Below are positions 40,948 to 50,660 of a DNA stretch of 64,000 nucleotides, in pieces (position 1 is the first letter of the stretch; every line of letters starts with the position of its first letter). A program made the position numbers and the translations under genes. Below the pieces are notes generated by a model. That model searched no databases and was not told the DNA's origin. It was given only the letters and a program-made list of their open reading frames with translations. Source of the DNA: Bacteroidia bacterium (GTDB lineage: Bacteria > Bacteroidota > Bacteroidia > NS11-12g > UBA9320); assembly GCA_965216465.1 (NCBI GenBank), contig CBDCFW010000006.1, forward strand, positions 160,001 through 224,000, read 5' to 3'.

Positions 40948-41328
40948 ATGAAACTCTATATACCTATCCTTATCCTTCTTTTAATAGCTGCTTGTAGTAA
41001 GACTAAAAAAGAAGCCCCAGAATTAAGTCATTACAAAGTGATTTTGAACGTTGATAGCTCATCAGCAGTATCATCATATAATCTTTATCGTAACGATAAG
41101 CTGATTTCGCAGAATGCTGCTCTCAGCTCAAGTTCAACACGTTTTAGTTTTATAGATGATGTAGAAAACACACAGCATGTTAGTTATCAAATTGAACCAA
41201 TTTACTACGACTCAACTGGCACTGTATTTTCGTTTACTGCAGAGCTAAAAGACAACAACAATAAACTCTATGATACACAGGAGGGTACAATTAACTTTGG
41301 ACAAGTAGTTACGCTAAACAGCAAATAA
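40948..41328 (+). CDS. Hypothetical lipoprotein
   Basis: Lipobox IAAC; own -7 element at 40936-43. Confidence 0.75.
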   Translation: MKLYIPILILLLIAACSKTKKEAPELSHYKVILNVDSSSAVSSYNLYRNDKLISQNAALSSSSTRFSFIDDVENTQHVSYQIEPIYYDSTGTVFSFTAELKDNNNKLYDTQEGTINFGQVVTLNSK

Positions 41329-41365
41329 AAAAAATAGTCCCCAATGCCTTGGGGACTATTTTTTT
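41327..41365. terminator. Bidirectional intrinsic terminator
   Basis: A8-TAGTCCCCAA-tgcc-TTGGGGACTA-T7 between convergent genes. Confidence 0.93.
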
Positions 41366-41390
41366 ATAGTTTCAGTTTTTGATTTCTAGT

Positions 41391-42257
41391 TTATAATACC
41401 TCGATCATTTTCTTGCCGAGATGAGCAGGAGAGTCTACAACGTGAATACCGCATTCTCTCATGATTGCTTTTTTAGCTGAAGCTGTATCTTCAGCACCAC
41501 CAACAATTGCTCCGGCATGACCCATTGTTCTTCCTGCAGGTGCAGTTTCACCAGCAATAAACCCAACTACTGGTTTAGTTCCATTTTCTTTTATCCAACG
41601 AGCTGCTTCTGCCTCCATGCTTCCACCAATCTCACCAATCATAACGATACCTTCAGTTTCGTCATCTGCCATTAGTAACTCAATTGCATCTTTCATAGAA
41701 GTTCCGATAATTGGATCACCACCAATTCCGATTGCAGTGGTTTGACCTAATCCTGCTTTTGTAATTTGATCAACAGCTTCGTAGGTTAAAGTCCCTGATT
41801 TAGAAACGATTCCGATTTTACCTTTTTGAAAGATAAAGCCTGGCATAATTCCCACTTTTGCTTCTTCAGCTGTAATTATTCCAGGGCAGTTTGGACCGAT
41901 AAGTCTGCTATCTCTATCGGCAAGGTAAGATTTTACCTTTACCATGTCTGCAACAGGGATTCCTTCAGTAATACAAACAATCACTTTAATTCCTGCTTCT
42001 GCAGCTTCCATAATCGCATCTGCAGCGAATGGAGGTGGAACAAAAATGATTGAAACGTCTGCACCTGTGGTCGAAACCGCTTCTGCAACAGTGTTAAATA
42101 CAGGTTTATCAAGATGTGTTTGACCTCCTTTTCCTGGAGTTACACCACCTACTACATTCGTTCCATATTCAATCATCTGGCCAGCGTGAAATGTTCCTTC
42201 GCTACCAGTAAATCCTTGTACGATAATTTTTGAATCCTTGTTTACTAAAACTGACAT
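41391..42257 (-). CDS. sucD: Succinyl-CoA synthetase alpha subunit
   Basis: [40 protein letters not shown]. Confidence 0.97.
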   Translation of the reverse strand: MSVLVNKDSKIIVQGFTGSEGTFHAGQMIEYGTNVVGGVTPGKGGQTHLDKPVFNTVAEAVSTTGADVSIIFVPPPFAADAIMEAAEAGIKVIVCITEGIPVADMVKVKSYLADRDSRLIGPNCPGIITAEEAKVGIMPGFIFQKGKIGIVSKSGTLTYEAVDQITKAGLGQTTAIGIGGDPIIGTSMKDAIELLMADDETEGIVMIGEIGGSMEAEAARWIKENGTKPVVGFIAGETAPAGRTMGHAGAIVGGAEDTASAKKAIMRECGIHVVDSPAHLGKKMIEVL

Positions 42258-42404
42258 TTATTAATTCGTTTTTTCGGGTGGCAAATGTATGTTTTTTAAC
42301 GAGAAGTTCTATGCAAACATTTGGTTAGTATTTATAAGTTAAGAACACGCTAATACATAGCCTATTTATTGGCCAACCAAACCAATGAAAACCAACGAAT
42401 TACT

Positions 42405-42872
42405 TTAGTTCAAGTAGGCACTATACATCCATACCAACTTTTCTCCTTCACGGATATAATCGCTCATTAGAGCATTTGTTCCTTCATCATCAGCTTTGTC
42501 TGATACGTCCAAAATTACTCGTTGTTTGATTAGAAGAATTTTATACGCTTCGAGTATTGATGCTATGGCTTCTTTACCGTCGGTAACATCAGATGTTTCT
42601 TTAATCTCTGATTCATTAAGGTAAGAAGTAAATTGATGAACCGGTGAGTGCCCTAAAGTCAAAATTCGCTCAGCAACCTCATCAATCTTAATAAATAGGT
42701 CGTTATACAACTCTTCAAACTTAGTATGTAATTCAAAGAACTTATCTCCGCGGATTTTCCAATGAAACCCTCTAGCATTTTGGTAGAAGATTGAATAATT
42801 AGCCAATAAATCGTTTAAAAGGGCAGATAATGTGTCAACTTTTTTTGCGTCTAATCCTATGTGATTTGTCAT
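42405..42872 (-). CDS. dps: Dps family DNA-protection ferritin-like protein
   Basis: FHW.I.G..FFELH.KFEELY, DEVAER, EKLVWM. Confidence 0.94.
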   Translation of the reverse strand: MTNHIGLDAKKVDTLSALLNDLLANYSIFYQNARGFHWKIRGDKFFELHTKFEELYNDLFIKIDEVAERILTLGHSPVHQFTSYLNESEIKETSDVTDGKEAIASILEAYKILLIKQRVILDVSDKADDEGTNALMSDYIREGEKLVWMYSAYLN

Positions 42873-42953
42873 GCTTCAAAGGTACAAAGAGACCCATGCA
42901 AGATGCCATTCTAAATGCTTATAAGCCTAGAGGAAATGCGTATATTTACAGCC

Positions 42954-45002
42954 ATGAAAATCCTTCTTGAGGTTAAAGGATTTGTGCTAATAGGATTTTT
43001 GATGAGCCTGTTTAATTATTCGTCAGGTCAAACCTATTACGCAAACGGAGATGCCAAAAGTGTGGGTGGTGATTGTTATCAATTAACCAACAGCACCAAC
43101 TGGCAAAACGGATCGGTATGGTATGCCTCAAAAATTGACCTTCAGTCGGATTTTGATCTCGAGTTCTATCTCAATTTTGGGAGTTCAGACTATGGTGCCG
43201 ATGGAATAATGTTTGTGCTTCAAGACCGCGGCAATCAAGCAATTGGCCAAAGTGGAGGTGGTTTAGGCTACGAAGGATTCTCTCCCAGCTTAGGCGTTGA
43301 ATTTGATAACTTTCAAAACACCGCAATTGGAGATCCGAGCTACGACCATATAGCTGTATTTCAAGATGGAAACATCTCACACTCCAATGGTCAAGCGTTG
43401 CATGCTCCGGTGCCCAGCAGAACCAATAGCGGAAATGTTGAAGACGGTCAAGATCATTTAATTAGAGTTAAGTGGACATCTAGTACTCAGGCGTTGGAAG
43501 TTTACTTTGACTGTGTAAAACGAATTTCATTGCAGTATGACATTCAAAAGCTCATATTTAATGACGAACGTTATGTTTACTGGGGTTTTACCGCCGCTAC
43601 CGGTTCATTAAATAATAAACAAACGGCATGCTTAAGGAAAGACATCCTTGTTAAGGATACTGTTCCAATTTGTAAAGGAGATGCCGTACCAATAAATTCT
43701 AGAAAAAGTGAAGATGATGTATATAAATGGTGGCCAAATGTAGATCTGAGTGATGCTACCATTAAAAATCCTATATGCTCATCGATCGTTCAAAGAACCT
43801 ACTACGTAGAATACACAGATTTATGCGGAGATAAGCTTATCGATACCGTTGAGGTTGTAATCCACCAACCGTTTACGATGGATGAGGCTCAAGATTCTTT
43901 CTTGTGTGACTTGAGAAGTTACGAACTTGATCTTCGTGTTAAATATGATTCGATATTGTGGAATGATGGCTTGAAGCTACAACGGCGATTCCTAACTCAA
44001 CCCGGATACTACAAATTTAGAGCTTGGCAAGGTGTATGCTGGGATGATGATTCACTCACTATAACCACCGATATTACCCCGCAACTCAGTATTGAAGGCG
44101 ATTCTTTTTTCTGTGAGGGAGATACAAGTATTTTACAGCTTCTAATAGAACCTTCCTCAGCAGTGTTTCAATGGCAAAATGGAAGCACCGATAGCTTTTA
44201 TACCAGCACAGAGACTGAAACCGTATTTGTGGAAGCCAGCAATCGCTGTGGGGACAATCAAGCAAGTTATAGTACGAGAGAAATAATAATTCCGGAAATT
44301 GAGATTATTGGTGATTCTATTTTTTGTCCTGATGACAGTGCTGTTTTGTTCGCTTCAAACTATGAACCTTATTTACCAAAATGGAGCAACGGCTTCTCCG
44401 GTATTATGCAATCTGTTGGTCCTGGATCGTACCAAGTTCGAATTGAAGATCAACATTGTTTTGATGAAGACAATTTCGAAGTTGAGTTTCGACCCCTCCC
44501 TCAAATTGCTGTAGATCCCTTCATAAAACATTGCGAATTTGAAGCTTTAACCTTACAAACCGACTCCCAAGACTTAGTTAGCTACTTGTGGTCAAATAGT
44601 TCTAAAAAACACTGGGCAGATTATTCCGACTACAGTGGCAATCATTGGGCCAAGGCTTATAATGCATGTGGAACAGATTCGGTAAACTTTTTTCTCGAAC
44701 GGCCATATTGCACGTGTGATATATGGACACCCAACGCATTTACCCCCAACTTTGATGACCGTAACGAAGTTTTCCGCTTTATACCCAATTGCAATAAGAT
44801 GCTTTCATTTAGTTATGTAATCTATAATCGATGGGGAGAGCAAATATTTGATGCTAATAGTATTGATCAAGCTTGGGATGGGACCTTCAACGAACAACCT
44901 TGTCCTACAGGAGTCTATTTTTGGATTGTAAACTACAGCGGAATTGAAGGCCGTTCAGCTGTTCGAAAGACGCAAGACGGAATTATTCATTTGATTAGAT
45001 AG
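42954..45002 (+). CDS. L-type lectin domain protein with type B T9SS (gliding-motility-associated) C-terminal domain
   Basis: GADGI.FVLQ, GVEFD, WGFTAATG lectin motifs; PNAFTPN.D..N, IYNRWGE, WDGT, G.IHLIR. Confidence 0.87.
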   Translation: MKILLEVKGFVLIGFLMSLFNYSSGQTYYANGDAKSVGGDCYQLTNSTNWQNGSVWYASKIDLQSDFDLEFYLNFGSSDYGADGIMFVLQDRGNQAIGQSGGGLGYEGFSPSLGVEFDNFQNTAIGDPSYDHIAVFQDGNISHSNGQALHAPVPSRTNSGNVEDGQDHLIRVKWTSSTQALEVYFDCVKRISLQYDIQKLIFNDERYVYWGFTAATGSLNNKQTACLRKDILVKDTVPICKGDAVPINSRKSEDDVYKWWPNVDLSDATIKNPICSSIVQRTYYVEYTDLCGDKLIDTVEVVIHQPFTMDEAQDSFLCDLRSYELDLRVKYDSILWNDGLKLQRRFLTQPGYYKFRAWQGVCWDDDSLTITTDITPQLSIEGDSFFCEGDTSILQLLIEPSSAVFQWQNGSTDSFYTSTETETVFVEASNRCGDNQASYSTREIIIPEIEIIGDSIFCPDDSAVLFASNYEPYLPKWSNGFSGIMQSVGPGSYQVRIEDQHCFDEDNFEVEFRPLPQIAVDPFIKHCEFEALTLQTDSQDLVSYLWSNSSKKHWADYSDYSGNHWAKAYNACGTDSVNFFLERPYCTCDIWTPNAFTPNFDDRNEVFRFIPNCNKMLSFSYVIYNRWGEQIFDANSIDQAWDGTFNEQPCPTGVYFWIVNYSGIEGRSAVRKTQDGIIHLIR

Positions 45003-45090
45003 AGTAATTCTCATTCCACACTTTTCTTAAATCATTTACTTTCAAATTGCAATTTCATGCCTAAAACATGGCCGTTCATCTAAAAATATA

Positions 45091-45111
45091 GTACTTTGTT
45101 TTGCATAGTAC
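45091..45111. promoter_or_regulatory. Putative PadR operator palindrome
   Basis: GTACT-n-TG-n5-CA-n-AGTAC just upstream of the TATATTTG -7 element of padR. Confidence 0.6.
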
Positions 45112-45148
45112 CTTTTTTAAGATATATATTTGCATTACAATTTAGAAG

Positions 45149-45478
45149 ATGAATGTAGAAAACACACAATCACAAATGCGTAAAGGTATTCTCGAATACT
45201 GCATCCTTTCTTCCATAAGCAAAGGAGAAGTTTACGCGTCAGATATTATTACAGAGCTCAAAGAAGCCAAGTTAATTGTTGTTGAAGGCACCCTTTACCC
45301 GCTGCTAACTCGACTCAAGAATGCCGGTTTATTGAAATATGAATGGAAAGAAAGCGACCAAGGTCCTCCTAGAAAATACTATTCACTTACCGAACTTGGA
45401 CAAAAGTTTAAAGAAGAACTTTATAAAACCTGGAACGAACTAACTACATCAGTCAACAAGATCACACAAACAAAATGA
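45149..45478 (+). CDS. PadR family transcriptional regulator
   Basis: QMRKG.LEYCIL, EGTLYPLLTRL, GPPRKYY. Confidence 0.94.
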   Translation: MNVENTQSQMRKGILEYCILSSISKGEVYASDIITELKEAKLIVVEGTLYPLLTRLKNAGLLKYEWKESDQGPPRKYYSLTELGQKFKEELYKTWNELTTSVNKITQTK

Positions 45479-46554
45479 ACAAAATAATACAAATCAACCT
45501 TGCCGGACAGGCTATTTCAATTGATGAAAGTGCTTATGAGATACTCAAAAAGTACCTCAAAACCCTCGAAAAACACTTTAAAAATACCGAAAGTGGAGAT
45601 GAGATTCTCAGCGATATAGAAGCTAGAATGTCTGAACTATTTCACACAAAACTGAAAGGAAATCACACCTTTATCAGCGAAAAAGATGTTGAGGAAGCGA
45701 CTGAATTAATGGGCAGCTTATCCGACATGGGCATTGATGATGAAGAAGAAGAAAAAGCAAAGTCTCAAGGAAGTCAGCAACAACAGTACTCTTCTACTTA
45801 TCAAGCTCGCAGTAAAAAACTTTTCAGAGACCCAGACGATAAAATTTTAGGAGGTGTTTGCTCAGGTATAGCAGCTTACCTCGGTATTGACACCAGTTTA
45901 ATGCGTTTAATTACCTTACTTTTTGTGTTGTTTGGTGGATTGTCATTAATCCCTTATATAATCCTCTGGATGGTTATTCCAGAGGCTAAAACGGCTCAAG
46001 ACAAGTACCGTATGCATGGGCAAACTCCTGATTTGAACGAGATTGTTGACAATGTTAGAAAAGAGGCCAACAACGTTGCAGACAACTTAAAAAAAAACTC
46101 TAAACTGAACTCAGGCCTAAATGGAATAAGCCAAGTTGTCGAAAACATCGTTCGATTTTTCTCCAAAGTGCTAGGTGCTGGAGCCCTTGCTGTGCTTGTG
46201 GTGGTGGTCGTCTCGCTTACAATAGCCCTGCTTGCCAATGCAACTGGAAATGCCGATGTTACTATAAATGGTGAAACATTTATTGCACCACAAATTTTCA
46301 ACTCGGTGGCCCTCAACTGGGTTTTTAGCGTCTCATTGCTAGCCGTAATTCTAATTCCCGTAGGTACTTTGATCTATGCATTGGTTCAGTTTATTTTCAA
46401 CTTAGGGAACATCATCAACCTAAAAGCTATTTTCCTGGCATGGTTGTTAAGTTTAGCCGTATTTATTGGTGTATCAATCTATGCCAGTGGTGAGATTAAC
46501 TTTGATGAAATGCGAGATTTCCATTACAAAATTGAAGAGACAACTACCGTTTAA
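45475..46554 (+). CDS. PspC domain membrane protein
   Basis: IDE.AY..L..YL, DIEAR..EL, KLFRDPDD.ILGGVCSGIA.Y. Confidence 0.9.
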   Translation: MNKIIQINLAGQAISIDESAYEILKKYLKTLEKHFKNTESGDEILSDIEARMSELFHTKLKGNHTFISEKDVEEATELMGSLSDMGIDDEEEEKAKSQGSQQQQYSSTYQARSKKLFRDPDDKILGGVCSGIAAYLGIDTSLMRLITLLFVLFGGLSLIPYIILWMVIPEAKTAQDKYRMHGQTPDLNEIVDNVRKEANNVADNLKKNSKLNSGLNGISQVVENIVRFFSKVLGAGALAVLVVVVVSLTIALLANATGNADVTINGETFIAPQIFNSVALNWVFSVSLLAVILIPVGTLIYALVQFIFNLGNIINLKAIFLAWLLSLAVFIGVSIYASGEINFDEMRDFHYKIEETTTV

Positions 46555-46577
46555 TTCAAAGTGTATACATTTGTTTT

Positions 46578-47243
46578 ATGAACGGGTTCAAACCTTACAT
46601 TCAACACAATAAAGTTACATCTGACCAAGATATTATTCAACGAATTGCAGAACACAATTCTGACATGCAGCACCGCAGATCGGTTCGTGAATTTTCAGAT
46701 AAACCTATCCCCTATGAGGTTATCGAAAATTTAGTACGCATAGCATCAAGTGCTCCAAGTGGAGCACACAAACAACCATGGACTTTTTGTGTGGTTTCAA
46801 GTGCTGATTTTAAGAAAAAAATACGGGAAGCCGCAGAAAAGGAAGAATATGAAAACTACCATGGTCGAATGACAGCTGAGTGGCTTAAAGACCTAGAACC
46901 CTTTGGAACAGATTGGAACAAAGAATTCTTAGAAATCGCACCCTATTTGATTGTAGTGTTTAAGAAATCTTACGACATAAACCCCGATGGCACAACTTCA
47001 AAAAACTATTACGTTAATGAAAGTGTTGGCATTGCTTGCGGATTTCTCTTGCAAGCCATTCATGAAGCGGGCTTGGTTAGTCTAACGCATACACCCAGCC
47101 CGATGAATTTCTTGGCCCAACTTTTAGAGCGGCCTAAGAATGAAAAGGCTTTTCTTTTAATTCCTGTTGGTTATGCTGCAGATGATGCTGAAGTTCCGGT
47201 GTTGAGACGCAAATCTTTGGATGAAGTATTGGTAAAATATTAG
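46578..47243 (+). CDS. Nitroreductase superfamily, iodotyrosine deiodinase-like
   Basis: RRSVR.FS, APSGAH.QPW.F, EE..NY..RM...W..DL, W.KEFL..AP, THTP. Confidence 0.85.
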   Translation: MNGFKPYIQHNKVTSDQDIIQRIAEHNSDMQHRRSVREFSDKPIPYEVIENLVRIASSAPSGAHKQPWTFCVVSSADFKKKIREAAEKEEYENYHGRMTAEWLKDLEPFGTDWNKEFLEIAPYLIVVFKKSYDINPDGTTSKNYYVNESVGIACGFLLQAIHEAGLVSLTHTPSPMNFLAQLLERPKNEKAFLLIPVGYAADDAEVPVLRRKSLDEVLVKY

Positions 47244-47259
47244 TAACATTGCACTGCAA

Positions 47260-47754
47260 ATGGCTAAAATCGAAGTAAACCATAATTCATTTTCTGTTAG
47301 TAGGGAAAACGACCAACTTACCCTCGATAACATCCCTGTAGAATACGACATTATTCAACTTCCTGATGGCAGGTACAGTCTTGTGATGGATAACAACTCG
47401 TACATGGTTGAGATTGTCAATAAAGAAACTGCTTCTGGAAAACTTACACTTCGAATAGACAATCGCTTAGTTGAAACAACCTTGCATAACAAGCTGGCAG
47501 AATTACTTAAGTCTATGGGTATGGAATCTGGCAAGAAAAAGTTAAAAGACCTTAAAGCTCCAATGCCAGGACTAGTTCTTGATGTTCTTGTTGGAAGCGG
47601 TGAACAAGTTTCTGAAGGTCAAGACCTACTTGTTCTTGAAGCCATGAAAATGGAAAATGCAATAAAATCTCCTCAAGACGGAGTAATTGATACTATTTCT
47701 GTACAAAAACAAGACAAAGTTGATAAAAACCAAGTCTTAGTTTCTTTTCAATAA
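47260..47754 (+). CDS. Biotin carboxyl carrier protein subunit
   Basis: APMPG and LEAMKMEN biotinylation motif. Confidence 0.92.
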   Translation: MAKIEVNHNSFSVSRENDQLTLDNIPVEYDIIQLPDGRYSLVMDNNSYMVEIVNKETASGKLTLRIDNRLVETTLHNKLAELLKSMGMESGKKKLKDLKAPMPGLVLDVLVGSGEQVSEGQDLLVLEAMKMENAIKSPQDGVIDTISVQKQDKVDKNQVLVSFQ

Positions 47755-47819
47755 GCGTTCAATTCTTTCCTTTGTGGTCACTTAAATTAAGCTGACCCTC
47801 CATTAAATTTTTATAAAAA

Positions 47820-48851
47820 ATGAAGAATACAATTCTTGCTGCATTTCTTGTGGCTCTATCTGTGGCAAGCTTTGCCCAAGACAATTCTCTAGAAGAAAAA
47901 CAAAAAGAACTTGCTGCGGCTGAAGAAAAATTAAAGCAGGCACAGCAACAAGTAGATTTGTTGAAATCTGAGGTCGACGCTTTAAAACCAAAAGAGTATT
48001 GGAAAAAAGGTGGCTTTACTGCACTTAATTTCAACTCACTGGGATTAACAAATTGGGCAGCTGGGGGTGTACAATCCAACTCTGTAACTGCGTTAGGAAA
48101 TCTTTATCTCAATTACAATAAGGACAAAATTGACTGGACAAATAATCTTGACCTTGCCTATGGATTAATTCAGAATCAAGGTGAAGACATCCGTAAAAAT
48201 GAAGATAAGATTGACTACTTAACTAAGTTTGGGCGACAGGCTACAAAGAAGTTAAACTACGCCGCTTTATTCAATTTTAAATCACAATTTGCTCCTGGTT
48301 TTGACTTTAGTGATCCGGACGAGAACCGTCCTGCCATTTCAAAATTTCTTGCACCAGCATTCGTGATTACTTCTTTAGGAGTTGATTACAAGGTAACAGA
48401 TTATTTCTCGGTCTTCGTTTCTCCAGCTACGGGTAAATTTACCATTGTAAATGATGATAGTATTGCTGCAATGAATGCTTATATCCCAGCAACAGTAGAC
48501 GACGATGGAATTCAGTTCTATAACGACAACTTCAGAGCTGAGTTTGGTGCTTTGATTAATGCAATAGTTTCGAAGGACCTTACCAAAAAAATAAACTTAA
48601 AATCGACACTAAACCTGTTTAACAACTACACGGATAAAAACATCGCAAACCGAAAAAATATTGATGTGAACTGGGAAACCATGATTAACATGAAACTCAC
48701 CGATTATATCGGCGTTTCAGTCTTCACGTACCTCATTTACGATGACGATGTTGACATCTCAATCTTTGACGACAATGGCATTGAAATTGGGATGGGACCA
48801 AGAACTCAGTTTAAGCGCGTTTTAGGTGTAGGATTTTCTTACAAATTTTAG
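47820..48851 (+). CDS. DUF3078 family outer-membrane protein
   Basis: NWAAGG, K.ED, F.SQF.PG, FLAPA, N.DVNWE, C-terminal GFSYKF; N-terminal coiled coil. Confidence 0.85.
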   Translation: MKNTILAAFLVALSVASFAQDNSLEEKQKELAAAEEKLKQAQQQVDLLKSEVDALKPKEYWKKGGFTALNFNSLGLTNWAAGGVQSNSVTALGNLYLNYNKDKIDWTNNLDLAYGLIQNQGEDIRKNEDKIDYLTKFGRQATKKLNYAALFNFKSQFAPGFDFSDPDENRPAISKFLAPAFVITSLGVDYKVTDYFSVFVSPATGKFTIVNDDSIAAMNAYIPATVDDDGIQFYNDNFRAEFGALINAIVSKDLTKKINLKSTLNLFNNYTDKNIANRKNIDVNWETMINMKLTDYIGVSVFTYLIYDDDVDISIFDDNGIEIGMGPRTQFKRVLGVGFSYKF

Positions 48852-48915
48852 GGTTTAATCATCTCACTGTATTGTAAAAATTAGAAGAGCCTTAGTTATG
48901 TTCTAAGAAAACTTT

Positions 48916-48923
48916 TAATTTTG
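48916..48923 (+). promoter_or_regulatory. -7 element heading metal sub-operon 1
   Basis: TAATTTTG. Confidence 0.6.
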
Positions 48924-48929
48924 TCACTT

Positions 48930-49361
48930 CTGAAAAACAGGTCTGAACATATTAAGTCATTGATAGCTGGTGCCTTTGCATTAGTTGTTTTGTTCAGTAG
49001 TTTTGGAATGAGCTTTGGTTTTCATTTATGTAAGAATGAAATCAAAGACTTTAGTTTCTTAGGAAACGTTGAAGAATGTTCAAGCGACGGAATTTCATGT
49101 CAGGAAGAACCTATTCCTCTAAACTCAATTACTAGGACCCCATGTTGTCAAAATCAAAATATATACAGTCAATCTGTATTTTTTGATGATGCTCCTGTAC
49201 TTCTCGTTTCAAATTCTGACTTTGAAATGAAGCCAGCATTTAGTTTGCTTGAATTGAATCCATCAATTAATGCAGCTTCAAAGTATGATTTCGACCTCAG
49301 ACCTCCTCCCGACATTTATGCTCCTGAGCTAAATATTCTTATTCAATCATTTCTAATTTAG
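48930..49361 (+). CDS. Cys-rich leader ORF 1 (HxC...CC...PP type); start uncertain (TTG 48921, CTG 48930 or TTG 48960)
   Basis: Signal anchor, FHLC, C..C, CC, RPPPD, QSFLI-stop. Confidence 0.8.
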   Translation: MKNRSEHIKSLIAGAFALVVLFSSFGMSFGFHLCKNEIKDFSFLGNVEECSSDGISCQEEPIPLNSITRTPCCQNQNIYSQSVFFDDAPVLLVSNSDFEMKPAFSLLELNPSINAASKYDFDLRPPPDIYAPELNILIQSFLI

Positions 49362-49425
49362 GATTACTAGTGACCTAGTTTAATGACCATGCTATGTTTG
49401 GTCAAGTTATTATATAATCCAAATT
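49355..49425 (+). promoter_or_regulatory. Predicted branched RNA structure linking the leader ORF 1 stop to the next initiation region
   Basis: AATTT(A)GGATTA pairs with TAATCCAAATT; inner CTAG/CTAG and TGACCA/TGGTCA hairpins. Confidence 0.6.
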
Positions 49426-49428
49426 GAA

Positions 49429-49650
49429 ATGAAAAAAAACATATTAATCTTAGTAATAATCGCATTTGCAGGAATATCGTATACAGCCTGCAGTTCAAAT
49501 CAAGAAAAAGAAGTTGACCGTACAGGCGTAGAATACACCTCGTCTTACATCTGCCCCATGCACTGTGAGGGTAGCGGAAGTGAGCACCCTGGCAACTGTC
49601 CTGATTGTGGAATGAAATATGTTGAAAATCCCGATAGCACTTCACATTGA
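49429..49650 (+). CDS. Heavy-metal-binding domain lipoprotein
   Basis: Lipobox YTAC; YICPMHCEG...PGNCPDCGM. Confidence 0.88.
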   Translation: MKKNILILVIIAFAGISYTACSSNQEKEVDRTGVEYTSSYICPMHCEGSGSEHPGNCPDCGMKYVENPDSTSH

Positions 49651-50660
49651 AATGTAGGACACACATATCGATTCTAATTACATGCATAATACTGCTCTCT
49701 GCATGCGAACATGATCCTGCTTTGGATATAAACAGCAAGCTTTTTGATACTCCTGACCACTTTGCTCCTATGAAGTTTCCTGAAGATAACGCGTATACTT
49801 CAGACCGTTGGGAGCTAGGGAAAATGCTATTTTTTGACAATCGATTGTCAAAAGACTCAACTTTGAACTGCGGGAGCTGTCATAAACCGGAATTATCATT
49901 CAGCGATGATGTGGCTTTTAGCCCGGGTGTTGAAAACAGGCCTGGTGTTCGTAACTCTCCGAGTCTTGCAAACATTGGATACCACCCATATTTTACCCGC
50001 GAGGGTGGTGTAGCAACACTCGAAATGCAAGTACTAGTACCCGTGCAAGAGCACAACGAATTTGACTTCAACATAGTTGAGATAGAAAAACGACTTTCGT
50101 CTGATTCTGCCTATCAACAAAAAAGTAGAAAAGCGTATAACCGTAATTTAGATTACTATGTAATTACGCGAGCCATATCAAATTTTGAACGTAGCTTAAT
50201 CAGTGCATCAAGTACTTACGACCAATTCTTAACAGACGACCTGACATTAACTGGTGAAGAAATCGCTGGCATGGACTTATTTTTTAGCTCCAAAACCAAC
50301 TGTTCATCATGTCACAGTGGATTTAATTTTACAAACTACAACTTCACGAATAATGGCCTTTATAATGACTATAACGATGAAGGCAGAAAACGTCTTACCG
50401 GATTAGACAAAGATGACGCAGTCTTTAAAGTGCCAAGCTTACGCAACGTTGAGCTAACCGCTCCTTACATGCACGATGGGTCACTACCTTCACTTGAAGC
50501 GGTAATTAATCATTATAATTCTGGAGGGATGAGTCATGCAAACAAACATGAATTGATAAAACCTCTTCACTTAACACAAAAAGAACAAGAACAGCTGATC
50601 GCATTCTTAAAAACATTAACAGATCATAAATTTATTAATAATCCAATATTTAAACCATGA
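49647..50660 (+). CDS. Di-heme cytochrome c peroxidase family lipoprotein (MbnH/MauG-like), paralog 1
   Basis: Lipobox LSAC; CGSCH, CSSCH; FKVPSLRNV..TAPYMHDG. Confidence 0.9.
   Translation: MKCRTHISILITCIILLSACEHDPALDINSKLFDTPDHFAPMKFPEDNAYTSDRWELGKMLFFDNRLSKDSTLNCGSCHKPELSFSDDVAFSPGVENRPGVRNSPSLANIGYHPYFTREGGVATLEMQVLVPVQEHNEFDFNIVEIEKRLSSDSAYQQKSRKAYNRNLDYYVITRAISNFERSLISASSTYDQFLTDDLTLTGEEIAGMDLFFSSKTNCSSCHSGFNFTNYNFTNNGLYNDYNDEGRKRLTGLDKDDAVFKVPSLRNVELTAPYMHDGSLPSLEAVINHYNSGGMSHANKHELIKPLHLTQKEQEQLIAFLKTLTDHKFINNPIFKP

Noticed and set aside
42885-42950. OxyR box upstream of dps, and the palindrome GCTTATAAGC at 42917-26
   Set aside because: No convincing ATAG-n7-CTAT repeats; a 10-bp AT-rich palindrome can occur by chance
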